DNA of 64,000 bases from Candidatus Hydrogenedentota bacterium (GCA_045863335.1 BTVY01000023.1:32001-96000), one strand, 5' to 3'; numbered from the stretch's first letter, positions 54,357 through 64,000 are shown. Numbers and translations: made by a program. Notes: generated by a model not told the origin, from the sequence alone.

Positions 54357-54967
54357 AGTCCCACCAGAAAGGGGTTGGTGCGCCGCTCCACGCCGATCGT
54401 GGTTTCAGGACCGTGCCCGTTGTACACGATGGTGTCGTCGGGCAACGTCAGGAGCTGGGTGCGAATCGAATCCAAAAGCTGCGCATGGTTGCCCCCTGGA
54501 AGGTCCGTGCGCCCGATGGACCCGGCAAACAACACGTCGCCCGAAACGACGAATCCGTCGCCCACGAGCACGAGGTGCCCCGGCGAGTGTCCTGGCGCGA
54601 GTCGAACGTCCAGTTTCACAGAACCCACCTCCAAGGTATCGCCCGCGTTCAGGAACCGGTCCGGTTCCGGCGAGGGCGGAAAGGGCACGCCAAACATCAT
54701 CCCCTGCCGTTCCAGTGAGTGCAACAAAGGCAGTTCCGCTTCGTGACAGACCAGTTCCGCGCCCGTATGTTCGAGCACGGCCGCGTTCCCACCGCAATGA
54801 TCGCAATGGCAGTGCGTGTTGACCACGGTCTTCACAGTATATCCGTCAATGGCGTCCAGGAGTTCCGGGGTTAGGTCGCCCGGATCGACGACCAGGGCGG
54901 CCGCACCCTCGCGCAGGACATAGCAGTTCGTCACAAACGGCGTCATGGGCAAGGCGATAATGTCCAC
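54350..54967 (-). CDS. MBL-fold metallo-hydrolase (glyoxalase II/YcbL-like)
   Basis: THCHCDHCGG, PGHSPG, GDVLFAGSIGRTDLPGG, GHG..TT...E...NPF. GTG start after GGAGA. Confidence 0.92.
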   Translation of the reverse strand: MDIIALPMTPFVTNCYVLREGAAALVVDPGDLTPELLDAIDGYTVKTVVNTHCHCDHCGGNAAVLEHTGAELVCHEAELPLLHSLERQGMMFGVPFPPSPEPDRFLNAGDTLEVGSVKLDVRLAPGHSPGHLVLVGDGFVVSGDVLFAGSIGRTDLPGGNHAQLLDSIRTQLLTLPDDTIVYNGHGPETTIGVERRTNPFLVGLC

Positions 54968-55169
54968 GTAACGTCTCCAAATTGGCCGATCCTGTTGTGG
55001 ATTTCGAATCTTGGGCTCCCTTTTGCGGTAGATCAAATACCACTTCTACCGCCCGCACGTGGCGCACCGCAGCGTGCGCAAGTCCCTAGAAACGAGTCAG
55101 TTCGCGATCCTACGGGCAAGAGCGGCCGGTGTCAACTGAGAGACCCCGGCGACGGCCAGAATAAAGGGC

Positions 55170-55198
55170 TTGCCAGATTCTAGAAAACCTTGTACAGT
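55170..55198 (+). promoter_or_regulatory. Putative sigma70 promoter for the first DUF1559 gene
   Basis: TTGCCA-N17-TACAGT about 300 nt upstream of the ATG. Confidence 0.45.
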
Positions 55199-55504
55199 AA
55201 AGGGCGTGGCGCTGCCCTTGGGTCTCGGTATTCTGGGGGCAGGTTCACTGATTCGTACGAGAGCCGGGGTTATTGTACGAGTCGGGTGCTGTTTTAGAGG
55301 GCAGGAGCAAGGCGACCAACAATCAATCCACTGTGGAAGATGAGTCTCTTTGGTTCCGCTAATGACAACGTTGTCTACTACGTTGTACCCCCGAGGGGAG
55401 GTGATGCGCTGCAAGTTAATCCGAACTCAACACTACAAGCAGTAACCGTAGTCTTTATAGCTTAATGGTAGTACTCATCTGAAAACTTTACAGGAGTCAG
55501 AAAC

Positions 55505-56533
55505 ATGACACGGAAACACGGCTTTACGCTGATCGAATTGTTGGTCGTAATTGCCATCATCGGTATCTTGGCGGCCATCCTGCTGCCGGCATTGGCACGA
55601 GCGCGCGAAGCGGCCCGCCGCGCCAGTTGCCAGAACAACCTGAAACAAATGGGTATCGTGTTCAAGATGTACACGAACGAATCGAAGGGCGAGAAGTTCC
55701 CCGACGTCTTCTTCAAGGCCTTCCTGCCTGCCGACCTGGATACAGACGGCATTAACGTTGGCGTCAATTTCGGACCGTCGGTCCCGGACATCTATCCGGA
55801 ATACTTGACGGACGGAAACGTCACCGTGTGCCCGTCCGACTCGGACGGCGGCGCATGGCGCTGGACGGGGGAATCCGGCCATGTTAACCAGCCCTTGGCG
55901 GTGGATGGTGCGAACTACTTCGGCCAGCAGGACGCACGGTATCACTCGCAGCGCGCGGGCTGCAGCCATGGCGGTTCGTGTGCCAACGCAGTTGACGCTT
56001 CGTACGGCTATACCGGGTACATCTGGGACCAGGTAAATGATGACGACCCGACCGCGACCGCAGGTCCCCTGACCCAGGCCTTGTTTGGCGTCACCGGCGA
56101 CGGTCCGGCCCAGGCGATGGCGTGGATCGAAGAGATCGTCAGTGGCGTGGCAGGTCCCTACACGGCGATTGCCGGCGGTTCGACGGATCCGGCGGACTAC
56201 GCCGCATTCAATGCGGTCGTCTCGGAAGATATCGACGTAGGTGCCGGACTTGGCACCGCCGGCGGTGAAAACGTCCTGCACCTTCGTGAAGGTGTGGAGC
56301 GCTTTATGATCACCGATATCAACAATCCGGCCGGTAGCTCCAAGGCGCAGTCCGAGATCTTCACCATGTGGGATCGGCTCAGCGCGAACGTCGCCGACTT
56401 CAACCACGTTCCGGGCGGCGCGAACATCCTTTACATGGATGGCCACGTCGAGTTTATCCGGTACCCGGCCGCCGAGGCCCCGGTCCAAGCCGGCTTCGCC
56501 TTGTTCGACCAGATGGTTAACGAAGGTTCCTAA
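55505..56533 (+). CDS. DUF1559 prepilin-type N-terminal cleavage/methylation protein with H-X9-DG-type C-terminus
   Basis: [43 protein letters not shown] and C-terminal [17 protein letters not shown]. Confidence 0.95.
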   Translation: MTRKHGFTLIELLVVIAIIGILAAILLPALARAREAARRASCQNNLKQMGIVFKMYTNESKGEKFPDVFFKAFLPADLDTDGINVGVNFGPSVPDIYPEYLTDGNVTVCPSDSDGGAWRWTGESGHVNQPLAVDGANYFGQQDARYHSQRAGCSHGGSCANAVDASYGYTGYIWDQVNDDDPTATAGPLTQALFGVTGDGPAQAMAWIEEIVSGVAGPYTAIAGGSTDPADYAAFNAVVSEDIDVGAGLGTAGGENVLHLREGVERFMITDINNPAGSSKAQSEIFTMWDRLSANVADFNHVPGGANILYMDGHVEFIRYPAAEAPVQAGFALFDQMVNEGS

Positions 56534-56563
56534 TCTCACGTAGATTGGGTTTTTGAGACCACC

Positions 56564-56602
56564 AAACGCCCCGAAGGGTTCGCCCCCTTCGGGGCGTTTC
56601 TT
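56564..56602 (+). terminator. Rho-independent terminator-like hairpin (possibly bidirectional)
   Basis: aaacgccccgaaggg-ttcgc-cccttcggggcgttt followed by ctt, about 30 nt after the stop. Confidence 0.75.
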
Positions 56603-56681
56603 CGTACCGCCACGCCATGCTCCTGAACGCCGGCAACAAAGCGGTCCGCCACAAACGCCTCCACATTCTTAACCGGTTCGG

Positions 56682-56710
56682 TTGACAGATTACCGTTTAC
56701 AGCGTACCAT
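56682..56710 (+). promoter_or_regulatory. sigma70 promoter for the second DUF1559 gene
   Basis: TTGACA-N17-TACCAT about 235 nt upstream of the ATG. Confidence 0.6.
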
Positions 56711-56944
56711 GGTTTTCAAGGCAAGTGGGTCTCGCGCGACGGAGAATGCCGGTAGGTGCCGTCTGTCTGTTCGGGAAAATCGGCTTCCCGGACGGGGCTG
56801 CCGATCGTGAGTCTTCCGATAAGCCGCCTTCTCCTCCGATGCAAGCGCATCCGTAGTCAATCGTCGTTTGTTATACGCGTTGGACTGGGTATTGGGTGTG
56901 AAACGCAGTGGTTGCGTTTCAGGAATCATCGAGGAGAAGCCGTA

Positions 56945-57970
56945 ATGAGGAGTAAAAGAGGGTTCACATTGATCGAGTTGTTGGTGGTGATTGCCATCAT
57001 CGGCATCCTGGCGGCAATATTGCTGCCCGCCTTGGCGAGGGCGCGCGAGGCTGCGCGGCGCGCGAGTTGCCAGAACAATCTGAAACAATTCGGCGTCATA
57101 TTCAAAATGTACTCAAATGAGTCTCGGGGTGAACGCTGGCCGCGGCAGCAGGAGTGGAGTTGCGAACCCGGTGACCACCTGGGCGCGGAGTTCATTCCGA
57201 ATTTCCACCAAATGTATCCTGAGTATCTAACCGACGCGACGATCTCGCTCTGCCCCTCCGCGATAACGGGAGACGACGTCGAGACCGTTTACGCAGTCAT
57301 CGAGGAAGGTGTGGCGGATGGGGACCTGTCCGATCCACCCGAGATCGTCATTAGCAACAGTGGCGCTACCGCAGTAGTTACCGACTACGAGGGCAAGTTC
57401 TATCCTTGCGAGCCATGGAACGGACTTTGCAGCTATCTGTACGTTGGTTGGGCGCTCGACAAGTCAGGGGTGACGGATCAACCTGATCAGTCCGGCTACA
57501 CTGATGCCGACAAGGTCGCGGCAGCTGGCGCGTTGATCGCCAACAATTTCCCGCTGGTTTCGACGTTCATCGCGATCTACCTTGCAGGCGAGGCCGTCAG
57601 TGCCGATCCGACCCTTGCAGATGAAGTACTGGATAGCGACTTGAGCTGCAACGACGCGCTTTCTGCCTTGAGTTTGCCCACCTTGCCGGATGACATTACG
57701 TTGTTCCGCCTTCGGGAAGGGATCGAGCGCTTCATGATCACGGACATCAACAATCCGGCGGGGTCCGCGCGCGCCCAGAGCGAACTATGGGTGATGGACG
57801 ATTGGGTCAGCGTGGATCTGGGCCAGGAGTTTAACCACCAGCCTGGTGGCGTCAACTGCCTTTACATGGACGGCCATGTTGAATTCATTCGCTATCCGCA
57901 ACAGTGGCCCGTAAACGCTCAAATGGCGATTCTTCAAGGCGAAGGTCTGGGAACTGCATTGGGTCTCTAG
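56945..57970 (+). CDS. DUF1559 prepilin-type protein, tandem paralogue
   Basis: [19 protein letters not shown]..., [45 protein letters not shown]. Confidence 0.95.
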   Translation: MRSKRGFTLIELLVVIAIIGILAAILLPALARAREAARRASCQNNLKQFGVIFKMYSNESRGERWPRQQEWSCEPGDHLGAEFIPNFHQMYPEYLTDATISLCPSAITGDDVETVYAVIEEGVADGDLSDPPEIVISNSGATAVVTDYEGKFYPCEPWNGLCSYLYVGWALDKSGVTDQPDQSGYTDADKVAAAGALIANNFPLVSTFIAIYLAGEAVSADPTLADEVLDSDLSCNDALSALSLPTLPDDITLFRLREGIERFMITDINNPAGSARAQSELWVMDDWVSVDLGQEFNHQPGGVNCLYMDGHVEFIRYPQQWPVNAQMAILQGEGLGTALGL

Positions 57971-58198
57971 TCCCTGCCCAATTTCATGAGCAATACAGCT
58001 ACGGCGGCAATTGGCATTCGGCCAGTTGCCGCCGATTCGATATGTGCCCAGTTAAGTACCTTTTCTTGCAAAAGGTGGAACCGGGACCAAAACGTGCTGC
58101 TGGATGAACTTGACCTACCGCGGCGCGTTTGTTGCATTCTGGGATTCTGGTTTACGAATGCGCGCTTCAACCATAATGCGACGAAGGAGGAGTCTCTT

Positions 58199-60526
58199 GT
58201 GCTATTTCGTAGGTCCTTGCTGTGCATCCTGCCGTTAATGCTTCCGCACTTCGTATCGGCACAGCCTTCATTGGATGAAACTCCTGCAGCGCCGGGTGAT
58301 TGGGGCTATCGTCCTGGGAACAGTGAGACCACCGCAGTAAACCCTCCCGCGTTTTCCTGGCGGCCGACGGACGGTATCGCCACGTATACGGTACAAATCG
58401 CGACGGACGAGGCCTTTGAAAACCCCTTGCGCGAGCAGAACGGGATCGTGTGGAACACGTGGTGTCCGGACGCGTCCTTCCCGGCGGGCTCGCACTATTG
58501 GCGGTACCGGGGCGTGACCGAGTCCGGTGAAGAAACGGCGTGGAGCGAAGTTCGTTCGTTTACCATTCCGGCGGACGCACCGGCTTTTCCGCAGCCGACC
58601 CTTTCGGAGTTGCGCCGCCGCATGCCGAAGGAACATCCGCGCCTCTTCTACCGGCCCGAGGATATCGGCCACCTGAAGGAACTCGCCGCGGGACCCCTGT
58701 CCGAGCGGTGGCAGGCCCTCGTGGAGCACGCGGACAAACTGTTGGAATCGCCGCCGGACACCACCGAACCGCCCAAGTACCCCGAGGGCACGGTGCGCCT
58801 GAGCGAAGAGTGGAAGGCCATCTGGTGGGGCAACCGGCGCCGCGCCATTGCCGTGGCCGACAGTGCGGCGACGCTCGGTTTCGTGTACCGGATCAGCGGC
58901 AACGAGAAGTACGCGAAGGCCGCCCGGGACCTGCTCGTCGCGTTGACCACGTGGGACCCGGAAGGCTCGACGCAGTACAAATACAACGACGAAGCGGCCA
59001 TGCCGCTCCTGTACATGACGTCCCGCGCGTACGACTGGGCGTACCCCGCGTTGAGCGAAGAGGACCGCAATGCCGTCATCGAAATGATGTGGATTCGTGG
59101 CGAGCAATGCTTCAATCATCTCGTCGGGCGGCAACACCTGTGGCACCCCTACGCGAGCCACAGCAATCGCGCCTGGCATTTCCTGGGTGAGTTGGCCATT
59201 GCCTTCCACGGCGACTTTCCCGACGCGGACCGCTGGCTCGACTTCGCCATGACGGTGTTTTACACGGCCTACCCGGTCTGGAGCGATTCGGACGGTGGCT
59301 GGCACGAAGGGATCGCCTACTGGTCGAGCTACATGAGCCGGTTCATGTACTGGGCGCACACGGTGCGCGCGGCCTTCGGCATCGACGTGTTTGAACGTCC
59401 CTTCTTCCAGCGCGTCGGCGATTACGGCATGTACCTGCTGCCGCCCGGCATGAAGACGGGTGGGTTCAGCGATCAATCCACGGGCGTCACGTCGAGCAGC
59501 ATCGGCCCGCTCATGGCGGTGTTCGCCGCAGGCGCGCGCAATCCGTACTGGAAGTGGTATGCGGACGAAGTGGACGCCGACATCGGCGGTGGGTACGTCG
59601 GATTCCTCGCTGCGGCCCACGCGCAGAACCTGGAAGCGAAAGCGCCCACGGACCGCCCGGAGTCGACTTGCTTCTACGGAACCGGGCTCGCCGCGCTGAA
59701 CTCGAACCTGCTGGACGGCACGGCGAACCACCAGATCCAGTTCAAGAGCAGTCCCATGGGCCGGCAGAGCCACGGGTACAACGCGAACAACGCGTTTCTC
59801 TTGAACCTCAACGGCGAGCGCGTCTTCCTGCGCACGGGCAAACGCGACGTGTACGGCAGCCCCCATCATAAGGACTGGATGTGGCACAGCCGCTCCGACA
59901 ACGCCATCCTCGTGAACGGCGCAGGGCAAGTGAAGCACAGCCCCAACGCGACTGGCCGCATCACTGCGTTCGCCACGTCGGACACGGTCGATGTGGTCGC
60001 CGGCGAAGCGGGCGCGTCATACGAGAACCTGGATCGCTGGTCGCGGCGTATTGTGTTCCTCAAACCAAATCTCATCGTAATCCACGATTGGCTCGAAGCG
60101 CCGGAGCCTTCCACCTTCCAATGGACCCTCCACGCGCCGGGTGCGTTCGAACTGGGCGAGAACACGGCCACGTGGTCCGGCGATCCCGGGCACGTGCGCG
60201 TGCGGTTCCTCGAACCGGCGGGATTGGCGCTCAGTCAGACCGATCAGTTCGATCCGCCGCCCGCGGAATGGGCGAACTTCAAACTGAACGAATGGCACCT
60301 CACCGCCGACTGCGCGGAGAAAGCAAAAACGCGCGAGTTCGTAACCGTCATCGAGATCCTGGACGCGCCCGAACAAGCGCCGACGGACGTGTCGCTGGAA
60401 CAAACTCCAGACGGAGCGCGGGTGGTGACCGTTACGACTGGCGCTTCGCCCACGCGCGTCCTGTTTGCTCGCGACGCCTTCGAAGTCGACGCGCCCGAGT
60501 TTGCTCACCACTTCGAGGACGAGTAG
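58199..60526 (+). CDS. Secreted DUF4962 / heparinase II/III-like polysaccharide lyase
   Basis: AAGGAGG RBS and GTG start. NPPAFSW, HPRLF, DGGWHEGIAYW, FKSSP.G..SH, NAILVNG.GQ. Confidence 0.82.
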   Translation: MLFRRSLLCILPLMLPHFVSAQPSLDETPAAPGDWGYRPGNSETTAVNPPAFSWRPTDGIATYTVQIATDEAFENPLREQNGIVWNTWCPDASFPAGSHYWRYRGVTESGEETAWSEVRSFTIPADAPAFPQPTLSELRRRMPKEHPRLFYRPEDIGHLKELAAGPLSERWQALVEHADKLLESPPDTTEPPKYPEGTVRLSEEWKAIWWGNRRRAIAVADSAATLGFVYRISGNEKYAKAARDLLVALTTWDPEGSTQYKYNDEAAMPLLYMTSRAYDWAYPALSEEDRNAVIEMMWIRGEQCFNHLVGRQHLWHPYASHSNRAWHFLGELAIAFHGDFPDADRWLDFAMTVFYTAYPVWSDSDGGWHEGIAYWSSYMSRFMYWAHTVRAAFGIDVFERPFFQRVGDYGMYLLPPGMKTGGFSDQSTGVTSSSIGPLMAVFAAGARNPYWKWYADEVDADIGGGYVGFLAAAHAQNLEAKAPTDRPESTCFYGTGLAALNSNLLDGTANHQIQFKSSPMGRQSHGYNANNAFLLNLNGERVFLRTGKRDVYGSPHHKDWMWHSRSDNAILVNGAGQVKHSPNATGRITAFATSDTVDVVAGEAGASYENLDRWSRRIVFLKPNLIVIHDWLEAPEPSTFQWTLHAPGAFELGENTATWSGDPGHVRVRFLEPAGLALSQTDQFDPPPAEWANFKLNEWHLTADCAEKAKTREFVTVIEILDAPEQAPTDVSLEQTPDGARVVTVTTGASPTRVLFARDAFEVDAPEFAHHFEDE

Positions 60527-60860
60527 AGGATGTAGGGACAACTGCCGTTTTCCTCCTGAATTTGGAGGTACCTCCGCAATGGCACGGAAATGGAACGCGG
60601 CAGTTCTCATTCAACCGGCCCCAGTCTTCTTCTGGGGCCGGTGGCGTCGCCACAACCCTGCGGGATAAGATGGGCGGGGGACGCCAATCCAGTACCGGAC
60701 CAGGGGGAACACGCCATGACCGCGGCATTTGGATCCCGAACTTTTTTCACGTAACGCTTCTGGTTCGGTCTTTCCCGCCCAACGAGGTAATCCGGACTTT
60801 AGTCTATTCACCCGGTGTTGATAGTCGCCTCTCAAATACAAATTGCAGCATAAATTTGGC

Positions 60861-60889
60861 TTGCTCACCACCATATATTGTGGTACATT
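60861..60889 (+). promoter_or_regulatory. Putative promoter with NrdR-box-like palindrome in its spacer
   Basis: TTGCTC-N17-TACATT with extended TG. The spacer contains ccaccatatattgtgg. Confidence 0.35.
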
Positions 60890-61163
60890 GGAACTTGAAC
60901 TTGACGAGCTTCACGGTAGGCACGCATTCTCAGTGTCGCAGACGGGACGGTCCGACCATGGGAGGCAAGGGGAATTTCCTTGACATTCTAGTCTTTCGGA
61001 AGATAGTATTTTAGGATCTACCGCGTGAGATCGCGTCCCACGATGCATGTATACAGCGTTCGGCATACCTACATTTACAAGAATGGAAATTCGTCGCAGG
61101 AAGAATAGCTCTTGAGCGGAGCAAACGAGAGTAGGGTGCAGAAAATCGAAAGGAGGGATACCT

Positions 61164-61403
61164 ATGTCGCCCAACACGGAGCGTAGTGTGTGTGGTGGCG
61201 AATCTAGGTCTAGTTCTGATTGGAAGGGTTTGATTGACGTTGATCTGCCCGAGATTGGCCCTGTTACGACTGATGTGGTCAAAAAAGCGCATGGACTTTC
61301 CGACCGGATCCGAGGTTCTGTGCGTCTCGCTCTAGGTTTAATCTGGACCGACAAGGATTACGAAGAGTATCGGAATAAGGTCTTAAAGCGGCCTTTACCT
61401 TAA
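61164..61403 (+). CDS. Small hypothetical protein (79 aa)
   Basis: Strong AAGGAGG RBS. Ends RGSVRLALGLIWTDKDYEEYRNKVLKRPLP. Confidence 0.65.
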   Translation: MSPNTERSVCGGESRSSSDWKGLIDVDLPEIGPVTTDVVKKAHGLSDRIRGSVRLALGLIWTDKDYEEYRNKVLKRPLP

Positions 61404-61467
61404 AGCGAGTTCGCGCTGCAATCTTTTCAGAGGGGGAGGTCACTGTCTTTATGGGAGCGAAAAGCGG

Positions 61468-62187
61468 TTGATGGGAGACACTGACGCCCACAAGAATACT
61501 GAAGCAGATGATTACTGGAAAGCGTTAGTGCAGGTCCACCAACACACGAAGGATTTATATCTCGTCGGGGAGGAAAGCAATCCAGAACTAAAGACGTGGC
61601 TTCAACCAATTCGAGAGCAACGCGATGCGCTCGAACACATTGTTAGGTCCCAAGCGCGGGCCTATGACATTAGGTCAAACGCGGATGGTCAGGATCCAGC
61701 TACTCCTAACGAAGATGACGCCACCGAAGACGCAGAATACATAAAGAGCAATCTGCGGCACGCACTGGGGCACGAAGTACGTGCCTTCTTCGACGTTGCG
61801 GACTATCTATGCATAGTAGCGCGCGACAATATTACGAAGTCAATGTCGGACTACGAGAACAAGGCAATTGCTGACGTGTTCCCAAGTTACTACACCGAAA
61901 TAAGGCCAGACCTTGAGTCGATTAGCAAGAATATAGCGAAGATTCGACAGAAGAAGGACATCGCAGAAATCGCCGAGTGCAACGAACTCGTCGTCAAATA
62001 TAAGGATGTTGTGCTCACGGTTTTAAGCAAGTCGGAATCAGTATCGACGCGCATACCGGCATTGGAGGAATACACCCGAAAGAACCGTGTGAAACAGATT
62101 AGGGATTACAGCGTTCAGTTCGTTATAGGATTCGTTCTTGTAATCTTCGCCGCGGTCTTGGGATATATCTTCGGGGCCAATAGCTGA
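61468..62187 (+). CDS. Helical hypothetical protein with C-terminal TM anchor
   Basis: 239 aa. Motifs QPIREQRDALEH and LGHEVRAFFD. Hydrophobic tail FVIGFVLVIFAAVLGYIFG. Confidence 0.75.
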   Translation: MMGDTDAHKNTEADDYWKALVQVHQHTKDLYLVGEESNPELKTWLQPIREQRDALEHIVRSQARAYDIRSNADGQDPATPNEDDATEDAEYIKSNLRHALGHEVRAFFDVADYLCIVARDNITKSMSDYENKAIADVFPSYYTEIRPDLESISKNIAKIRQKKDIAEIAECNELVVKYKDVVLTVLSKSESVSTRIPALEEYTRKNRVKQIRDYSVQFVIGFVLVIFAAVLGYIFGANS

Positions 62188-62302
62188 GATGGCTAACCCG
62201 TAGTCTTTGCCAATCTACCTACTTTCAGCGCCTGATACATTATGCACAAGCGAGTTCCACGGGCAAAACAGACCACCGTCTTGCGTTGGATGAAGCGGCA
62301 CC

Positions 62303-63532
62303 CTACTTCAAACTGCGCCAATTGCGCCGGAGTACCGGCCCACGTGCTTTGTTAATTATCGTGAGCGCGTCGCGATTAGCGTCAAGAGGGCTGTTGGCGG
62401 AAGGACTACTCCCAAGAAAATCGCGGTGACGTCCACGCACGCCGTCTTCGTGCAAGGATTCGAGTAAACTCTCGGAATTCTGAAGCAAGGCTAGTTGTGC
62501 CGCAACTGTTTCATCGAATGACTTTTTCACGCATGCGCGGCATTGCGAATGCAGACAATTCAGATAGTGGCGAAAAGCGTCTTGCTCCGATAGCCCCACC
62601 GTTGTTGGCCTGGGTCCGCTGAAAATCTCCGGAAGCCTGCCCCAAGCCGAATTCTCAGGATCTTGAAGTAGGTGTAACACGCCATTTCTATGCGCAACAT
62701 CCAGCGTCGCCGCGTTGAATTCTGACAAAGCCTGGGGGCAATAGTACCATACACCTCGTCTCTTCGTTTCATCCTCAAGTGCGTCCCGGAACTTTTCCGG
62801 AGGAAAGGCCCTCACATTCATCCACGTTCCTGAACAGATCGCATCCGCGCGCACGAGTCCAGCCAATAGCTGTTGGTGACTGCAGTAACCTATGATTGCC
62901 GTTCTTCCTCTGAGTTTTATCCCAGCGACCAGATCTAAGAGATTCGCCATCCATATCGGATCTGCAACCAAATAGCTCCCACGCGGATGCTCACACACGA
63001 TATAGTAACCGCCCACATCCCAATCAGAGATGGATTCCAGCAAGTTATCAATCTGATCTTGGTCAGCTAATGCCCCCTCCGACAGTGCGAGGGTCGGGAT
63101 GACTGGCATATCAAGATTGAGGGACAAAGCCGCGCTTAAGAAAGCCTCCTGCGTTGCCAACCAGTGTTCGTCAACAGAACTAGCAACTAAGCCCGGAAGA
63201 ATTAATGCGCTTGTCTCAATCTGCGCGTTTACTCGATGCAACTTTTTTACCAATGCGGATGCGCGATTACTTTGCCAGAATAAACCGGAGTCGTAGTCCT
63301 TCGGCCACCATGGATGCGAGCATAACCTACGATGGTCTCCGTGCGGAACATAGAACTGAGGATCGAGGTAGATCTGGACGTTCGCGAGTGCTGCCAGTTC
63401 TTTACCGAACGAAACCATTCGATCCGGCTCAATGTCGCGAGGGCTGAGGACGACAGCGCCTCCGTTCCAATGTTTGAGTAGACATCTGCAGTGTTCCATC
63501 ATTCCATTGCCAAATTGAAGAAATAGTTCCAC
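62303..63532 (-). CDS. Hypothetical protein (409 aa, possible alpha/beta barrel), coupled to kinase
   Basis: Long ORF with GGAGG RBS and GTG start, 18 nt downstream of the kinase stop. Motifs VVLSPRD, YLDPQFY.P, F.HYL. Confidence 0.75.
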   Translation of the reverse strand: MELFLQFGNGMMEHCRCLLKHWNGGAVVLSPRDIEPDRMVSFGKELAALANVQIYLDPQFYVPHGDHRRLCSHPWWPKDYDSGLFWQSNRASALVKKLHRVNAQIETSALILPGLVASSVDEHWLATQEAFLSAALSLNLDMPVIPTLALSEGALADQDQIDNLLESISDWDVGGYYIVCEHPRGSYLVADPIWMANLLDLVAGIKLRGRTAIIGYCSHQQLLAGLVRADAICSGTWMNVRAFPPEKFRDALEDETKRRGVWYYCPQALSEFNAATLDVAHRNGVLHLLQDPENSAWGRLPEIFSGPRPTTVGLSEQDAFRHYLNCLHSQCRACVKKSFDETVAAQLALLQNSESLLESLHEDGVRGRHRDFLGSSPSANSPLDANRDALTIINKARGPVLRRNWRSLK

Positions 63533-63550
63533 GATTTGCAGCCTCCCGTC

Positions 63551-64000
63551 TCATGTGGCTTTGACTCCTTCGTCGCCACAGATCTCTACGGCCCAGTCAT
63601 ATGCGTCTGCCACCGTTCGAGGGCGATGCTCCCTTCGTTTCTGTGTCATGGCGATGATTAAATCTCTTAAGCCGTTAGTAGACAATGAAGCAAGATCCAA
63701 AGGTGGTAATGCGATCCTCTCTGTTCGCCTCATGATCTCGAGTGGGTCGCGAGTTCCTCTCCTGAACGGATTGGTTCCAGTGGCGGCTTCGAAGGCGGTA
63801 ACCCCTAGCGCGAACAGATCGGCGCGTGAATCGATTTCTCGCTTTACGTTGTAGCACTGCTCCGGCGGTGCGTAACCAGGCGTAATTTTCCCGAATGGGT
63901 GATGAGTTGGAGTGAGCGACTCCATTGTTAAGTGGCGCGCAATTCCAAAGTCAATCAGCCAGTAAGACGAATCGTCGTAGTGCTGAATGATATTCTCCGG
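63551..64000 (-). CDS. Hanks-type Ser/Thr protein kinase, 5'-truncated by window edge
   Basis: Frame read from 64000: PENIIQHYDDSSYWLIDFGIARH...TPGYAPPEQ...RADLFALGV..FEAATG.NPF...RP. Confidence 0.92.
   Translation of the reverse strand, partial: PENIIQHYDDSSYWLIDFGIARHLTMESLTPTHHPFGKITPGYAPPEQCYNVKREIDSRADLFALGVTAFEAATGTNPFRRGTRDPLEIMRRTERIALPPLDLASLSTNGLRDLIIAMTQKRREHRPRTVADAYDWAVEICGDEGVKAT

Larger units (their letters stand above)
60790..64000. other. Low-GC accessory island (continues past window end)
   Basis: Abrupt shift to visibly more AT-rich sequence and A/T-ending codons. Contains only hypothetical genes and a kinase. The left boundary is approximate. Confidence 0.7.

Noticed and set aside
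55040-55500. Known riboswitch (e.g. c-di-GMP) in the DUF1559 leader
   Set aside because: No recognisable consensus by eye. It would need an Infernal/Rfam scan.
55505-57970. Diversity-generating retroelement acting on the paralogues
   Set aside because: No reverse transcriptase and no TR/VR pair differing only at adenines. Differences look like ordinary paralogue divergence.
4883-60526. Extended N-termini in the ORF track (e.g. 5989, 16454, 18731, 25595, 29080, 33725, 52702, 56756, 57986)
   Set aside because: Family homology, RBS position and overlap with repeat elements or neighbouring genes favour the shorter starts reported.
60530-60790. Decayed RAYT/IS200-like transposase (MPRSWRV... on the minus strand) and hairpin ccggccccag/ctggggccgg at the island border
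   Set aside because: No HUH or catalytic Tyr motif can be recovered and the similarity is too weak to call. The hairpin may simply be a terminator.
60600-61160. tRNA or att site at the island boundary
   Set aside because: No cloverleaf or T-loop (GTTCRA) context and no direct repeat seen.

Overview
GC-rich (roughly 60-65% by eye) bacterial chromosomal window. It is probably Candidatus Hydrogenedentota or a similar PVC-like lineage; this is inferred from two DUF1559 prepilin-like genes ending in LREG(V/I)[14 protein letters not shown]...MDGHV. Most of the window is housekeeping genes (lgt, RlmD/TrmA-type methyltransferase, UbiB-family kinase, ispE, queA, aspS, IscS/NifS-type desulfurase, pfkA), an ECF-type Ni/Co transporter with a NikR-like operator, and many secreted carbohydrate-active or hypothetical proteins. 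Four things stand out. (1) An intact, host-like-GC terminase small/large subunit pair at 735-2731 with no other phage gene in the window. (2) A low-GC island from about 60.8 kb carrying two uncharacterised two-gene modules: a small protein plus a membrane-anchored helical protein, and a Ser/Thr kinase plus a 409-aa protein. Both are candidate defence systems. (3) At least eight families of short-unit inverted-repeat or REP-like elements in intergenic gaps, some nested inside each other and two absorbed into coding frames. (4) Two secreted glycosidase-like proteins that appear to have lost their catalytic residues. No rRNA, tRNA, CRISPR array, integrase or intact transposase was recognised. All family assignments come from motif recognition, not database searches.
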